Shown in pieces: positions 6,625 to 16,023 of a stretch of DNA of 27,699 nt. Each line of letters opens with the position of its first letter. The first letter of the stretch is position 1. A program made the translations under genes and the position numbers. Under the pieces are notes generated by a model. The model was given only the letters and a program-made list of their open reading frames with translations, made no database searches and was not told the origin of the DNA. The stretch is from IMG/VR virus record IMGVR_UViG_3300043442_001092, positions 1 to 27,699 of that record; one strand, 5' to 3'. This stretch comes from a virus (taxonomy: Duplodnaviria > Caudoviricetes).

Positions 6625-6893
6625 GCTGAAACGCTGTAACGGTCTTGTAACGGTGAGCGTTACAGCCAAACCCCTTGCGGCAACTGGGTTGTAACGTTGT
6701 AACAAACAAATCTATTATTAAAGATAATAGAAAATAGAGGGGAAAGGGGGTCTGAGGGGGGTAGGGGGTATGTATATCTCTATGGGTGTTTCCCGGGAAA
6801 AACCGTTACAAGCGTTTCGCGCGTCACATCCCTTGCGGCGCAAGGGTTTTCGGTGAAACACCCACCGTTTCATGACCCCCAAAACCGTTACAA
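6625..6893. other. Candidate replication origin (TGTAAC/GTTACA iterons around an AT-rich core)
   Basis: TGTAACGGT at 6635 and 6646; TTGTAAC at 6689 and 6697; AAAACCGTTACAA at 6799 and 6881; AT-rich 6701-6737; palindrome CCCTTGCG-G-CGCAAGGG at 6830-6846; lies directly downstream of the primase-helicase gene. Confidence 0.7.
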
Positions 6894-9476
6894 AGTCTCA
6901 AGCGTCTCAAGTGGGACCAACGTTGCGCGTGCAACGCCGCTTCCTTTGAATCGGACGGTCCCGGCACTGGTCGAGGCACCAGATAGCCGCCTCAGGGCTT
7001 GCCGGTAGGCGTTGCCGGCCCACGGGGTGTCTTTCAGCAGGGCCTGCAGGTTGGTGCTGTTGTTGGCCACGGCGAGCGTGCCACCGGTCACCTTCAGGCC
7101 GTAGCGACCGAGGATCGTCTCGATCTCATCGGAGGGGTGGTCACGGCCCGGGATGGCGAAGATCACGCCGCGCTGGGCCATCTGGACGAGCTCCAGCACC
7201 GACATCCGCTTGCCGCCATCCACCTGGATCAGGGCCTGGAGGATGTGGTTGATGCACTTGACCTCGTCCGCATCGGTGGCGTCCACCTCGCGGCTCTCCC
7301 AGTCCATCATGTTGATCCACTCCATGGCCTGATAGAGCGTCAGCTCGCCACCACCGCCGGGCTCGAGCGTCCAGGCGCCAGCGAGCAGGGTTCCGTACTG
7401 ATCGCCGAAGCGCTGCCCGAAGCGGCGTGAGAGGGCAGCTGCGAGGGTCTTGGCGTTCCTGCGGATGGTCGGGATCTGCTGAAGGGTGCGAGCCACCAGA
7501 CGACGCCCGTTCTCCTCAGTGCAGGTGTTCAGGATCTGCTGCTCGAATTCATTCCAGTCGTCCTTGTCCATGTGGTCTTTGCGGAGGCTCAGGACGCAGA
7601 AGCGATCGAGATCAGCGCGTTGAATCAGTGCGACGTTGATAGAGCTACAGCAGAACATTGAGCGTATCTCAAATGAGTTTGAGCCGCCGGATGTTGTGCC
7701 TTTGTAAATCTTTCCGCCCTCGGAAGATGCGATGCGTGCTAAGGCGAGAATGTTCTGGACGGTCTGCTTGTCCTTCTGCTCATTCTGCTCGAGTTCGTCG
7801 AACACGACCGGGATAGCATCGGAGCGCAACTGACCCCGCAATCCGGCCTCGGTTGTGCCACCAGTCGCGCCCTCAAACATGCCACCAAGCAGTGGCTTCA
7901 TGAAAGCTTTGAGGATGGTCGTCTTGCCCGTGCCAGCACCACCGGTGACCCAGATGTGTGGCCGCCAGTCGAGTGCGCCACAGACGGGCGCGAGAACGAT
8001 CCAGCCGAGGAGCAAGTTGGCGGAAGCGGGTGTCTCCCAACGAAAACGTTCGGCGATGATGCGCACCTCGGCGCAGAGGTCATCAGAGAGGACGTCACTG
8101 CCGGGGCCGTCGATGGCTTTGGCGTTTTCGTAGAAGTAGAAGGTCTTGAACTTGAGCGGCAGCTTGGTGATGGGGTGTGAGTAGCCGTCGATCACGAGGC
8201 GGTTGCCGAGGTGAAGGATCACCCGGGAGGAATCAGCCCAGGCACCGCGACCACGAATGCGGGACGGGTCGTAGACGCCCTGCGAGATACAGGAACCCAT
8301 GATGGCGTTGGCGGCTGAATCCCAGTCGATGCGGCCGTTGTCGTTGCCGAAGCCGTTTGCCCACCACTCGAGGGGGGCGAGCTGCAGAAAGTGAGACTTA
8401 TTGTGCTGAGCGGCGGTGAGGGCAACGACCTGGCAGGCCGCTGCTGGCAGGTAGTAGTAGATGCCGTGATCAAAGCCGAGGGGGCGGAAGGGGAGGTTGT
8501 CGGCAGGCTCAGGCTGCGGATCGATGGGAGCTGCCTGCTGGATTGAGGGGAGCTGCCGCAGCTCAGGCGGGCCGGGCCGCACGCGCACCGGCGCCCGGTA
8601 ACCGTGCTCCTTGGCCCAGTACCAGAAGGTGCCAGCACCGACGTCGTTGCCACCGGATCGAGCGACCTGATCGATGCCATGCCACTGTGGTGAGTGGGCA
8701 GCCATCATCGAGATGGCAGTGGCCTCGGAGTTGCCGGCCTCCTCGACGGCGGCGATCAGACCCCAGAGGATGTTGCGGTACATCGGGTAGGTGCCACCAC
8801 CAGGCACCCGGGGCGGGATGTGGTTGAGAGCCTTCTGGATCTCGTCGAGCCCCTGGGCCTCGTAGTCGTTGAAGGTGCGGGCCTGCTCGATACGCTGATC
8901 GACCACCGGCGCCGGCATGGTCGCGGCGAACTCGGTGAGTGAGTAGCGGGCATCAGAGAGGTGGATCAGCCTGGCCTGCTCACCGGTTTCAGGGTGCGGG
9001 GTGCCGGGCAGTCGCATGACCCTCGAGGGGTTCTTGAGCTGGCGGTCGGCGTTGGCGTGGTCGAGCAAGCGGGTCTGGACGGGTTTCCAGAGCTCGGGGC
9101 TGACCGAGCCGGAGAGGATCCAGTAGTTGTGGATCGACTTGCCACCGGTGTCGACCTGCATCGAGGGCTCCGGGAGGCCGAGCTCCTTCCATGCGGTGAT
9201 CTGCCAGTCTTTGGGGCGATCGTCCCACTCGCAGAAGAGGGCGATGCACTCGGTGATGTCGGCGTCCTTGTCCCCGCCGTTGTTGATGACGACGTAGACG
9301 CCGCGGCCATCGGCCACCCAGGATTCGATCAGCGATTTACTGGGATCACCCTTGGCACCGTGGTCGTTTGCTTTGCGCGGATCGGTCTTGGCGTAGAAGC
9401 CGCGGAGGCGGATGGTGCCTTTGGGTTTGCCGAGGGCGGCCAGGAACTGGCGTACTGCATCAATGTCAACGGGCAT
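6888..9476 (-). CDS. Primase-helicase (RepB-type primase + PriCT-2 + P-loop helicase)
   Basis: VYVVIN, LFCEWDD, TGGKSIHNYW and RVMRLPGTPH (RepB primase); GAGTFWYWAKEHGY (PriCT-2); Walker A GGAGTGKT and Walker B VVFDE. ATG at 9476 preferred. Confidence 0.9.
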   Translation of the reverse strand: MPVDIDAVRQFLAALGKPKGTIRLRGFYAKTDPRKANDHGAKGDPSKSLIESWVADGRGVYVVINNGGDKDADITECIALFCEWDDRPKDWQITAWKELGLPEPSMQVDTGGKSIHNYWILSGSVSPELWKPVQTRLLDHANADRQLKNPSRVMRLPGTPHPETGEQARLIHLSDARYSLTEFAATMPAPVVDQRIEQARTFNDYEAQGLDEIQKALNHIPPRVPGGGTYPMYRNILWGLIAAVEEAGNSEATAISMMAAHSPQWHGIDQVARSGGNDVGAGTFWYWAKEHGYRAPVRVRPGPPELRQLPSIQQAAPIDPQPEPADNLPFRPLGFDHGIYYYLPAAACQVVALTAAQHNKSHFLQLAPLEWWANGFGNDNGRIDWDSAANAIMGSCISQGVYDPSRIRGRGAWADSSRVILHLGNRLVIDGYSHPITKLPLKFKTFYFYENAKAIDGPGSDVLSDDLCAEVRIIAERFRWETPASANLLLGWIVLAPVCGALDWRPHIWVTGGAGTGKTTILKAFMKPLLGGMFEGATGGTTEAGLRGQLRSDAIPVVFDELEQNEQKDKQTVQNILALARIASSEGGKIYKGTTSGGSNSFEIRSMFCCSSINVALIQRADLDRFCVLSLRKDHMDKDDWNEFEQQILNTCTEENGRRLVARTLQQIPTIRRNAKTLAAALSRRFGQRFGDQYGTLLAGAWTLEPGGGGELTLYQAMEWINMMDWESREVDATDADEVKCINHILQALIQVDGGKRMSVLELVQMAQRGVIFAIPGRDHPSDEIETILGRYGLKVTGGTLAVANNSTNLQALLKDTPWAGNAYRQALRRLSGASTSAGTVRFKGSGVARATLVPLETLETL

Positions 9477-9582
9477 GTCGGCGTGGAGGAGAGTTGAGTG
9501 CGCGGTCCATCTCTTCGTCGGTCGGCTCCGGGAACCACTCAACGAGCTTGCTGAAGAAGCGTTGCAGCTGCTCAGACGCCAC
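9466..9582 (-). CDS. Possible small protein (38 aa, MASEQLQRFF...)
   Basis: GTG start overlaps the VRR-NUC 3' end and the ORF fills the gap to the primase gene. Confidence 0.35.
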   Translation of the reverse strand: MASEQLQRFFSKLVEWFPEPTDEEMDRALNSPPRRHAR

Positions 9583-9943
9583 GGAACGGTTCTGTCGCAA
9601 TTTGCAATGCGTCGTTTGTGGAGCGAACAATGCCAGAGATGCCGCCGGCTGATCGGATGTGCTCGATGAAGCGGCGCTGCTCTGGGGTGGCGCGACCGGT
9701 TGCGGTCTTGACCTCGAGGGCGGTGAAGACGGCGACTTTACGGCCGACCATGTCTGGGGTGATCTCGATGGTGCGGTAGCCGATGAGGTCGGAGCCACCG
9801 GGGGAGGCGACACCGAACTGGACCCAGCGGCCGGTGCGGGGGTCGGGGAGCTTGCCGGAGTTGTTTCGCCAGAGGCGGAAGCCGTGAAGAGTGCCAACTG
9901 CGAGACGGATCCGTTGCTGGATCTCGGTCTCGATGTTGGCCAT
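9572..9943 (-). CDS. VRR-NUC domain nuclease (PD-(D/E)XK, junction-resolving type)
   Basis: ETEIQQRI, WRNNSG, GGSDLIG, LEVK, ATPEQRRF, GG..GIVRS motifs. Confidence 0.9.
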   Translation of the reverse strand: MANIETEIQQRIRLAVGTLHGFRLWRNNSGKLPDPRTGRWVQFGVASPGGSDLIGYRTIEITPDMVGRKVAVFTALEVKTATGRATPEQRRFIEHIRSAGGISGIVRSTNDALQIATEPFRGV

Positions 9944-9968
9944 GGATCTGTGCAGGACGCTGGCTCCA

Positions 9969-11342
9969 TCATGCTGCGGTTCGCTTGCGCTGCCGCGCCG
10001 CGAGGATGTGCCGCGCCCAGCCTTCGGGGTACTTCATGCCGCGGCGGCGGCCGATCTCAATCAGCTGCTCGAGCGATTGCGCCCCAGCTTGTTCGCGATT
10101 CCGCTGACGCCGTAGAGCTGCTGGATCCACCTCCACCAGCTCGCCGTCGACCTGTTCAGGGCCTTGCGGCACTGTCTCCCGGACATATACGTGGCCACAG
10201 CAGGGGCAAACAGGAGCCGGAGCATGGGCGGCAAAGCAGGACGGACATTCGCGAACAGCAGGGGGACTGCCGGCTCGCTTTGGTTTGGCATCCAGTGTCC
10301 ACTCGCGTGGATCTTGCGGAAGGCCATGCGTAAAGACGCAACTGGCGTGATCTAAGACGATCAGATCGCGTTTGCCATTCGCTATTCGCAAACCACGACC
10401 GACTGACTGCAGGTACATGGTCAGGGACTTGGTGGGGCGCAGCAGGATGACGCAGCCGATCTCGGGGCAGTCGACACCGGCAACCCAGAGGGCGCAGTTG
10501 CAGACGACGTCGATGGCGCCGGAGCGTAGGCCGGTGAGGGCGTCCTGGCGCTCCTGGCGTGTGGAGTTACCGGAGATGGCGACAGCGCGGTAGCCGGCAC
10601 CGGTGAAGGCCGCGGCGGTGTGCTCGGCGTGGGCGATGTTGACGCAGAAGGCGACAGCGGGCCGGCCGTGCGCGATGCGGCGGTAGTGGGCGACGGCATC
10701 ACCGATGATCGATGGCCGGTCGACGGCCTCTGCGAGCTGAGCGACGGCGTAGTCGCCGGCCTGGGAGCGGATGCCGGTGAGGTCGGGCTTGGTGGGGGCG
10801 TAGTAGCGGATGGGTGCGAGCAGGCCCTCGGCGATGAGGTCACCGGTGGAGCAGGTGGGGATGATGAGATCAGAGACCTCGCCGAGGCCGCGACCGTCCA
10901 GCCTGCTCGGGGTGGCCGTAAGCAAAAGCAGCCTTGGGTTCCCGGCCTCGGCGACCACCTTCTTGTAGGTGTCAGCTACACAGAGGTGAGCTTCATCGAT
11001 GATGATCAGGCTTGGCTTGGTGACAACCGGCCGGCGAACAGCGGTCTGCACCGAGACCACCTGGACCGGCTTGAAGGGGTTGCGGGGCATGCCGGCCATG
11101 ATGAAGCCGTGCTCGATGCCGGCTTGTTCAAGGCGTCGGGCGGTGTCGTCGAGGATCTCGCGGAGGTGAGCGAGGAACCAGACGGTTCCGCCCTTCTCAA
11201 TAGCGGATCGAATGATCTCTGCGGCGATAGTTGTTTTGCCTGCACCGGTGGGAGCGACCAGGCATGGCGCTTTGTAGCCGGCAGCATAAGCAGCGCGAAG
11301 ATCCGCGATGGCCTTGGCCTGGCGAGGACGAAGCTGGATCAT
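9969..11342 (-). CDS. Superfamily II DEAH-box helicase with C-terminal zinc ribbon (RadD/YejH-like)
   Basis: LRPRQ, APTGAGKT, IIDEAH, TATP, QSVGRGLR, CPSC...CPCCG. Confidence 0.93.
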   Translation of the reverse strand: MIQLRPRQAKAIADLRAAYAAGYKAPCLVAPTGAGKTTIAAEIIRSAIEKGGTVWFLAHLREILDDTARRLEQAGIEHGFIMAGMPRNPFKPVQVVSVQTAVRRPVVTKPSLIIIDEAHLCVADTYKKVVAEAGNPRLLLLTATPSRLDGRGLGEVSDLIIPTCSTGDLIAEGLLAPIRYYAPTKPDLTGIRSQAGDYAVAQLAEAVDRPSIIGDAVAHYRRIAHGRPAVAFCVNIAHAEHTAAAFTGAGYRAVAISGNSTRQERQDALTGLRSGAIDVVCNCALWVAGVDCPEIGCVILLRPTKSLTMYLQSVGRGLRIANGKRDLIVLDHASCVFTHGLPQDPREWTLDAKPKRAGSPPAVRECPSCFAAHAPAPVCPCCGHVYVRETVPQGPEQVDGELVEVDPAALRRQRNREQAGAQSLEQLIEIGRRRGMKYPEGWARHILAARQRKRTAA

Positions 11343-11998
11343 CGCTCCGACCTCCGCTGTTGCTGATTAAAAACGCGCTCGATTGACCAGCCGCGATCTA
11401 AGCGGTGCTTGAGAGCGGCGTAGGAGTAGCCAGTCTCTCTAGCCCAGTCGGCAATCGTCTTTGTCTCACCGTTGTAGGTAATCCAGCGATTGCGGGTCGT
11501 GTTGTTCATCTGGACGATTGCGTCGACGAACCGACAGTTCTCAGGGCAGTAGTCGCCATTTACGTCCATGCGATCAATTTGCAGATCGGGGGCGGCGCCG
11601 TTCTCGATGCACCACTGATAAAAACGCTTTCGACCGGCTGGCCCTATCCAATCGTCGCAGACGCGGATTCCCCTGCCTCCGTAGTGCGAATAGCGCTCGC
11701 TACCAGGGTCGTAGCAGCGCCGGAGCATGTTGCCGTAAGCGTGCTTCAGCTTTTGACGCAGCTCTGTCGGAATCCAGTTGTTGCGACTCCTGTGCTGCTC
11801 GCAGTTGGCTCGCGCTTGATCCTTTGATCCGCACCCGCAGCTCTTGGTCGAGCCGTAGCGCAAGACCGCCCCGCGGACGATGGTCTGCTTGCCGCAAGAG
11901 CACTGGCAGAGCCAGTGAACGCCGTTGTTGCTGTGGGCGCGTTCGGCGACGCGCAGCCTCCCGAACACTTGGCCCGTGAGGTCGATTGCTTGGCCCAT
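11339..11998 (-). CDS. Phage HNH-type homing endonuclease
   Basis: DLTGQVFGRL, WLCQCSCG, SCGC, YGGRGIRVC, IDRMDVNGDYCPENCRF and a C-terminal YNGETKTIADWA HTH; ATG at 11998. Confidence 0.85.
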   Translation of the reverse strand: MGQAIDLTGQVFGRLRVAERAHSNNGVHWLCQCSCGKQTIVRGAVLRYGSTKSCGCGSKDQARANCEQHRSRNNWIPTELRQKLKHAYGNMLRRCYDPGSERYSHYGGRGIRVCDDWIGPAGRKRFYQWCIENGAAPDLQIDRMDVNGDYCPENCRFVDAIVQMNNTTRNRWITYNGETKTIADWARETGYSYAALKHRLDRGWSIERVFNQQQRRSER

Positions 11999-12138
11999 AA
12001 AACCGTGATCGCGGTTTGATGGTAGCAAGGGCGTCAAGCTGTTGGCCGTTACTTGCATGGGTCTTGACCTGAAGCGGTCAGTAACGGATAAAAGAAAAAG
12101 CCCAGCAATCCTAAGGGCTTAGCCGTGAAAAGTCGTGA

Positions 12139-12192
12139 AGTGCGAAGAATTACAACAGGAGACCGCGAAGGTGCGTGAAGAGACGGTAAGGT
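12139..12192 (+). promoter_or_regulatory. Putative early promoter for the recombination operon (in the divergent intergenic region)
   Basis: AGTGCGAA/ATTACAAC pair with a 10-bp period, a 30-nt gap, then -10-like TAAGGT at 12187-12192, 20 nt before the ATG at 12213. Confidence 0.5.
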
Positions 12193-12212
12193 TGCGCGAG
12201 ACACGCGTTGGC

Positions 12213-13040
12213 ATGACCCTTACCAATGCCGAGTACCACGCTCGGCCAGAGGTCTCGAAGTCAGGGCTGGACATGGTCCGCCGCAGCCCACTGCACTTCT
12301 GGAACCGCTACCTCAACCCTGATCGCATCATCGAGCCACCGACAGCTGCGATGACGATCGGCTCAGCGCTGCACACACGGGTGCTGGAGCCGCACCTGTT
12401 CGACGACGAGTATGCAGTGGCACCGCACTGCGACCGGCGCACGAAGGAGGGCAAGATGATCTGGGCGGATTTTGAACAGGAAGCGGCTGGCAAGACACTG
12501 CTGAAGGCCGAGGATGCGCTGCAGATCACTGCGATGGCGGATTCACTGCGCCGTCACCCGGCGGCCAGGGTGCTGCTGAACAAAGCCGGCAAGGCAGAGC
12601 AGTCTTACTTCTGGACTGATGATGAGACCGGCGAGAAGTGCAAGTGCCGGCCGGACTTCCACACGGACGATCGACGGATCATCGTCGACGTGAAGACCAC
12701 TGAGGACGCCAGCCCTGGCAAATTCCTGCGCAGCTCGGTGCTGCAGTGGCGGTATCACGTCCAGGCAGCGTTCTACATGCAGGGCGTGCCCGAGGCTGAG
12801 CTGTTCTTGTTTGCGGTTGTGGAGAAGAAGCCGCCGTTCGCAGCTGCGGTGTACACGCTGCCGACCAAGCTGGTGGAGCGCGGCCTGGAGGACGCCCGGG
12901 CCGACCTTCGGTGCATCGCTGAATGCCGGGCTGCCGATCGGTGGCCGGGCTACGGCGACGAGGTACAGGAACTCTCGCTGCCGAAGTGGCTCGAGGACGA
13001 TCGAGCTGTTGACCTTATCTCTGAAATCGAAGGTTTCTGA
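12213..13040 (+). CDS. RecE/exonuclease VIII-like PD-(D/E)XK nuclease (DUF3799 type)
   Basis: NAEYHA..VSKSGLD, GSALH..VLEP, KCRPD, IVDVKTT, YHVQAAFY. Confidence 0.9.
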   Translation: MTLTNAEYHARPEVSKSGLDMVRRSPLHFWNRYLNPDRIIEPPTAAMTIGSALHTRVLEPHLFDDEYAVAPHCDRRTKEGKMIWADFEQEAAGKTLLKAEDALQITAMADSLRRHPAARVLLNKAGKAEQSYFWTDDETGEKCKCRPDFHTDDRRIIVDVKTTEDASPGKFLRSSVLQWRYHVQAAFYMQGVPEAELFLFAVVEKKPPFAAAVYTLPTKLVERGLEDARADLRCIAECRAADRWPGYGDEVQELSLPKWLEDDRAVDLISEIEGF

Positions 13041-13696
13041 TGTCTAATTCGCTCACGACCACCACCAATGAGGGTGTCTTCACCGGCATCCAGCAGTTTG
13101 AGAACGCCCAGCGGATCGCCAAGGCACTGGCCAGCAGCCAGCTGGTGCCGAAGGAGTTCCAGGGACAGCAGGGACTGGCGAACGTGCTGGTGGCAATGGA
13201 GATCTCGGGCCGGATGGGCCTGAGCCCGCTCCAGGTTATGCAGAATCTGCATGTGATCCATGGCCGCCCGTCATGGAGCAGCCAGTTCATTATTGCAACG
13301 ATCAACGGCTGCGGCCGGTTCACGCCGCTGGATTACAACATCACTGGTGAAGGCGACAATATGGCGTGTCAAGCTGTCGCAACCGAGATTGCAACAGGCA
13401 AGGAGTTGAAGGGTCCGACCGTTTCTATTGCAATGGCAAAGAAGGAGGGTTGGTACAGCAAGACCGGCTCCAAATGGCAAAGCTTCCCGGAACTGATGCT
13501 GCGTTACCGTGCGGCAGCATTCTGGGGCCGTGTGTACGTGCCCGAATATCTGGTCGGCATGAAGACCCAGGAAGAAGTGATCGAAATCGAAGCAGTGGAC
13601 GTTTCAGAAGCAAAGAAAGGCAAGCCTGCGATCGTTGAAGAGATCAACGCGCAGATAGAAGAGACAACGGGGGAAATGGATGACACAGTCTGGTAA
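13040..13696 (+). CDS. RecT/Red-beta-like single-strand annealing protein
   Basis: Coupled to the RecE-like gene; LVPKEFQG, GLSPLQVMQNLHVIHGRPSW, KWQSFPELMLRYRA. Confidence 0.8.
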   Translation: MSNSLTTTTNEGVFTGIQQFENAQRIAKALASSQLVPKEFQGQQGLANVLVAMEISGRMGLSPLQVMQNLHVIHGRPSWSSQFIIATINGCGRFTPLDYNITGEGDNMACQAVATEIATGKELKGPTVSIAMAKKEGWYSKTGSKWQSFPELMLRYRAAAFWGRVYVPEYLVGMKTQEEVIEIEAVDVSEAKKGKPAIVEEINAQIEETTGEMDDTVW

Positions 13697-13895
13697 CTAC
13701 TTGACGCCACGCGAACTCGCTGAGCGTTGGCGTAATGTTGTGAGCCTGTCGACCTTGGACAACTGGCGATCACAGCAACGTGGTCCGCGATGGTTCAAGG
13801 CCGGGGGTCGGGTGCTCTACCCGATTCACGAAGTCGTCCAATTCGAGCAGCGCAACATGCGCGGCTTTCCCAACACCATCACCGGAGAACGATGA
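13680..13895 (+). CDS. Excisionase/AlpA-like winged-HTH DNA-binding protein
   Basis: YLTPRELAERW...STLDNWRSQQRGPRWFKAGGRVLYP. Confidence 0.85.
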   Translation: MTQSGNYLTPRELAERWRNVVSLSTLDNWRSQQRGPRWFKAGGRVLYPIHEVVQFEQRNMRGFPNTITGER

Positions 13896-14143
13896 ATCGC
13901 ATCACTGCCGAGCAGGCCCTTGCTCAGACCGGCCGCCAGTCGAAGACAGCTCCGCTGCGCAACGAGATCCTGGATCTTGAGCCCGGTGAGGCCGTCGAGG
14001 TGACTTTCGACGAGTTCAAACCGACCACGATCGCCCAGGTAGCCGGTAACCTGAGCCGCCGCGACACCACCCGCCGTTACTCGGTGCGGAAGCGTCGCGA
14101 TGGCGCCGGCTGCTTCGTCATCTGCCAACCCCGTAACGATTGA
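13892..14143 (+). CDS. Hypothetical small DNA-binding-like protein (83 aa)
   Basis: ATGA overlap with the upstream stop; LEPGEAVEV...RRYSVRK pattern. Confidence 0.7.
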   Translation: MNRITAEQALAQTGRQSKTAPLRNEILDLEPGEAVEVTFDEFKPTTIAQVAGNLSRRDTTRRYSVRKRRDGAGCFVICQPRND

Positions 14144-14145
14144 TC

Positions 14146-14571
14146 ATGTTCAACGGAACCCTTACCGGCAACCTGGGCCGAGATCCCGACTTCCAGACCA
14201 CGCAGTCTGGCCAGATGGTGGCGAAGTTCTCGCTTGCCGTTCGCCAGCCCAAGAAGGACGCACCTGCGTTCTGGGTCAAAGTGGAGGTCTGGGGCAAACA
14301 GGCCGAGTACGTCGCCAACTACTTGAAGAAGGGCGCCAGCGTTTGCGTCACCGGACAGGTGGCGGAGGAGACCTGGAACGACAAGAACACCGGCGAGCTC
14401 AAAAAGGCCGTCGTGATCAAGAACGCCTCCGTGGAGAGCTGGCAGGCTCGAGCCGAGCAGGCACCTGCTCCTACGCCCGCTCCTCGTCCAGCACCAGTTG
14501 TGACGGTCGCTGCTCAGAGCGTCGCTGATAATTTCGCCGGTGACGTCATCAACGACGACATTCCCTTCTGA
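14146..14571 (+). CDS. ssb: Single-stranded DNA-binding protein
   Basis: LTGNLGRDP, VAKFSLAV, VWGKQAE..YLKKG, acidic C-terminal DDIPF. Confidence 0.95.
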   Translation: MFNGTLTGNLGRDPDFQTTQSGQMVAKFSLAVRQPKKDAPAFWVKVEVWGKQAEYVANYLKKGASVCVTGQVAEETWNDKNTGELKKAVVIKNASVESWQARAEQAPAPTPAPRPAPVVTVAAQSVADNFAGDVINDDIPF

Positions 14572-14585
14572 TCTACGACAACATC

Positions 14586-14610
14586 GGCCCGAGTCTTTCG
14601 GGCCATTTTT
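14586..14610 (+). terminator. Rho-independent terminator after ssb
   Basis: GGCCCGA-GTCTT-TCGGGCC-ATTTTT. Confidence 0.8.
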
Positions 14611-14630
14611 ATTTCGATCTGTTGCAACGA

Positions 14631-15107
14631 ATGAAGCTCACTTTTCGCAGTCACGAGTTCGGTCGCGATGTCGCTTTGGAAGAGGTCTACGAGATGGATC
14701 TCGAGAACGTCAGACGGTTTCACGTTGAACTGACGATTGCGGTTCAGGGCATGGACGACGCGATCATGCAAGCGCTGAGGCTTGAGAACGACGCCGGCAT
14801 GCCGTTCGATCGGGACTGGATGCACAAGACCCGGAAGAAGCGTCGGATCACGATTGCGTTTGCCAGCGAAGCCAAGCGCCGGCTGATGAAGCTGGAAGGG
14901 TTTGAGCCGATCAAGCGGCAGTCGATCTACGACGCTCAGCGCACCAAGTTCCAGATCATGCGGCACGACAAGCTGCGAGAGCTGCTGAAGGATGAGCTTG
15001 GCCCTGGTGTGCTCGAGGAGATCGAGAGCGAGGCGCACGAGGCCGCTGAAGAGCTGTTCAGGACGTGGCTGACCGAGAACAAGTACGAGCAGGTGTACGT
15101 GACATGA
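14631..15107 (+). CDS. Hypothetical helical protein (158 aa)
   Basis: Long ORF with typical codon bias; ATG at 14631. Confidence 0.8.
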   Translation: MKLTFRSHEFGRDVALEEVYEMDLENVRRFHVELTIAVQGMDDAIMQALRLENDAGMPFDRDWMHKTRKKRRITIAFASEAKRRLMKLEGFEPIKRQSIYDAQRTKFQIMRHDKLRELLKDELGPGVLEEIESEAHEAAEELFRTWLTENKYEQVYVT

Positions 15108-15180
15108 AGAAATGCGACAGGGTCACTGCCGGTGGCGCGGTGCCTTGCTTTGATGTGCGGGGTTCTGCCTAGGAGGGCGA

Positions 15181-15456
15181 ATGACATTCCTTGAGGTCGT
15201 CGGTGCCGTGGCATTGGTCATGGCTGCCGCCGGCGCTGTCCGAAGGGTGATTCACAAGCCGGAACCGTTGATCTCGATGTCGACAGCCGAGATACACATG
15301 GGCGTGGCAATTCGCGACGCTTTCCAGGCTGGGATGCTGTGCGCAGCGGACATCGTTACCCATAGCGGCAACGAAGCCCTTGCGGGCGACATTCGCAAAA
15401 CCGTTGAGTACGTGCGACTCAACGGTGCAAACGACAACCGATTCACACACTCATGA
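15181..15456 (+). CDS. Hypothetical protein with an N-terminal hydrophobic segment
   Basis: GGAGG RBS upstream; ATGA coupling to the next gene. Confidence 0.7.
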   Translation: MTFLEVVGAVALVMAAAGAVRRVIHKPEPLISMSTAEIHMGVAIRDAFQAGMLCAADIVTHSGNEALAGDIRKTVEYVRLNGANDNRFTHS

Positions 15457-15677
15457 AAGGCGGACCCGTTAGTTTTCAATGGCAGGAGCACCCTCAGGGC
15501 TTGTTCGGTCCGGGTGTCAGCAGGCCGGCTGAGCCGAAGCGAGCCAAGCCGTTCACGCTGATCGTGAAGCAGCAGACAGCGCGGCCGATCAAGGTCACGC
15601 TGATGGCCGAGAACAAGACGCTGGCGAAGCGCTATGCCGCAAATCGGTGGCCTGGTGCTGAGGTGGAGGCGGCATGA
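15453..15677 (+). CDS. Hypothetical protein (74 aa)
   Basis: ATGA-coupled at both ends; ends AKRYAANRWPGAEVE. Confidence 0.75.
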   Translation: MKGGPVSFQWQEHPQGLFGPGVSRPAEPKRAKPFTLIVKQQTARPIKVTLMAENKTLAKRYAANRWPGAEVEAA

Positions 15678-15820
15678 TCGAACCACCGATTGAACTGATC
15701 GAGCATTGGATCGAAGACGCGCTTGACATGATCCAAGAGGGCGTGATCGACGCCGAGGCCATGCCGTTCCACATCGCGTTCTCCGCTGCAGAGTGGGGGT
15801 ACAACCAAGCCAAGCAATGA
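15674..15820 (+). CDS. Hypothetical protein (48 aa; not in ORF track)
   Basis: MIEPPIELIEHW...AAEWGYNQAKQ, ATGA-coupled at both ends; resembles the N-terminus of 18402-18746. Confidence 0.65.
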   Translation: MIEPPIELIEHWIEDALDMIQEGVIDAEAMPFHIAFSAAEWGYNQAKQ

Positions 15821-16023
15821 ACTCACCCAAGAAGCTCTGCCACAAGTGCGGTCGCATGCTGGGCGGCTTTTACATCGATGACCGCTTCGTCGGTCCTGTT
15901 ACCCACATTGCCACCTTCAAGCTGCGCACCTGTGACGTGTGCGGCACCAAGGGTCCCGTCGCTGATCTGAACGACTTCGGCGGGCTGAAGAAGGACTGGC
16001 AGTACTACCTGAGGAAGCGATGA
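15817..16023 (+). CDS. Zinc-ribbon protein
   Basis: CHKCG...CDVCG; ATG at 15817. Confidence 0.7.
   Translation: MNSPKKLCHKCGRMLGGFYIDDRFVGPVTHIATFKLRTCDVCGTKGPVADLNDFGGLKKDWQYYLRKR

Noticed and set aside
6625-6893. NtcA or RpaB promoter array
   Set aside because: The position after the primase gene, the mirrored orientation and the AT-rich core fit an origin better.
9477-9542. N-terminal extension of the primase given in the ORF track
   Set aside because: Non-ATG start and no domain-like sequence; ATG at 9476 is more plausible.
12090-12121. AAGCCC/GGGCTT hairpin with an A-tract as a terminator
   Set aside because: It lies between divergent genes with no gene ending there, and the stem is short with a long loop; left uncalled.
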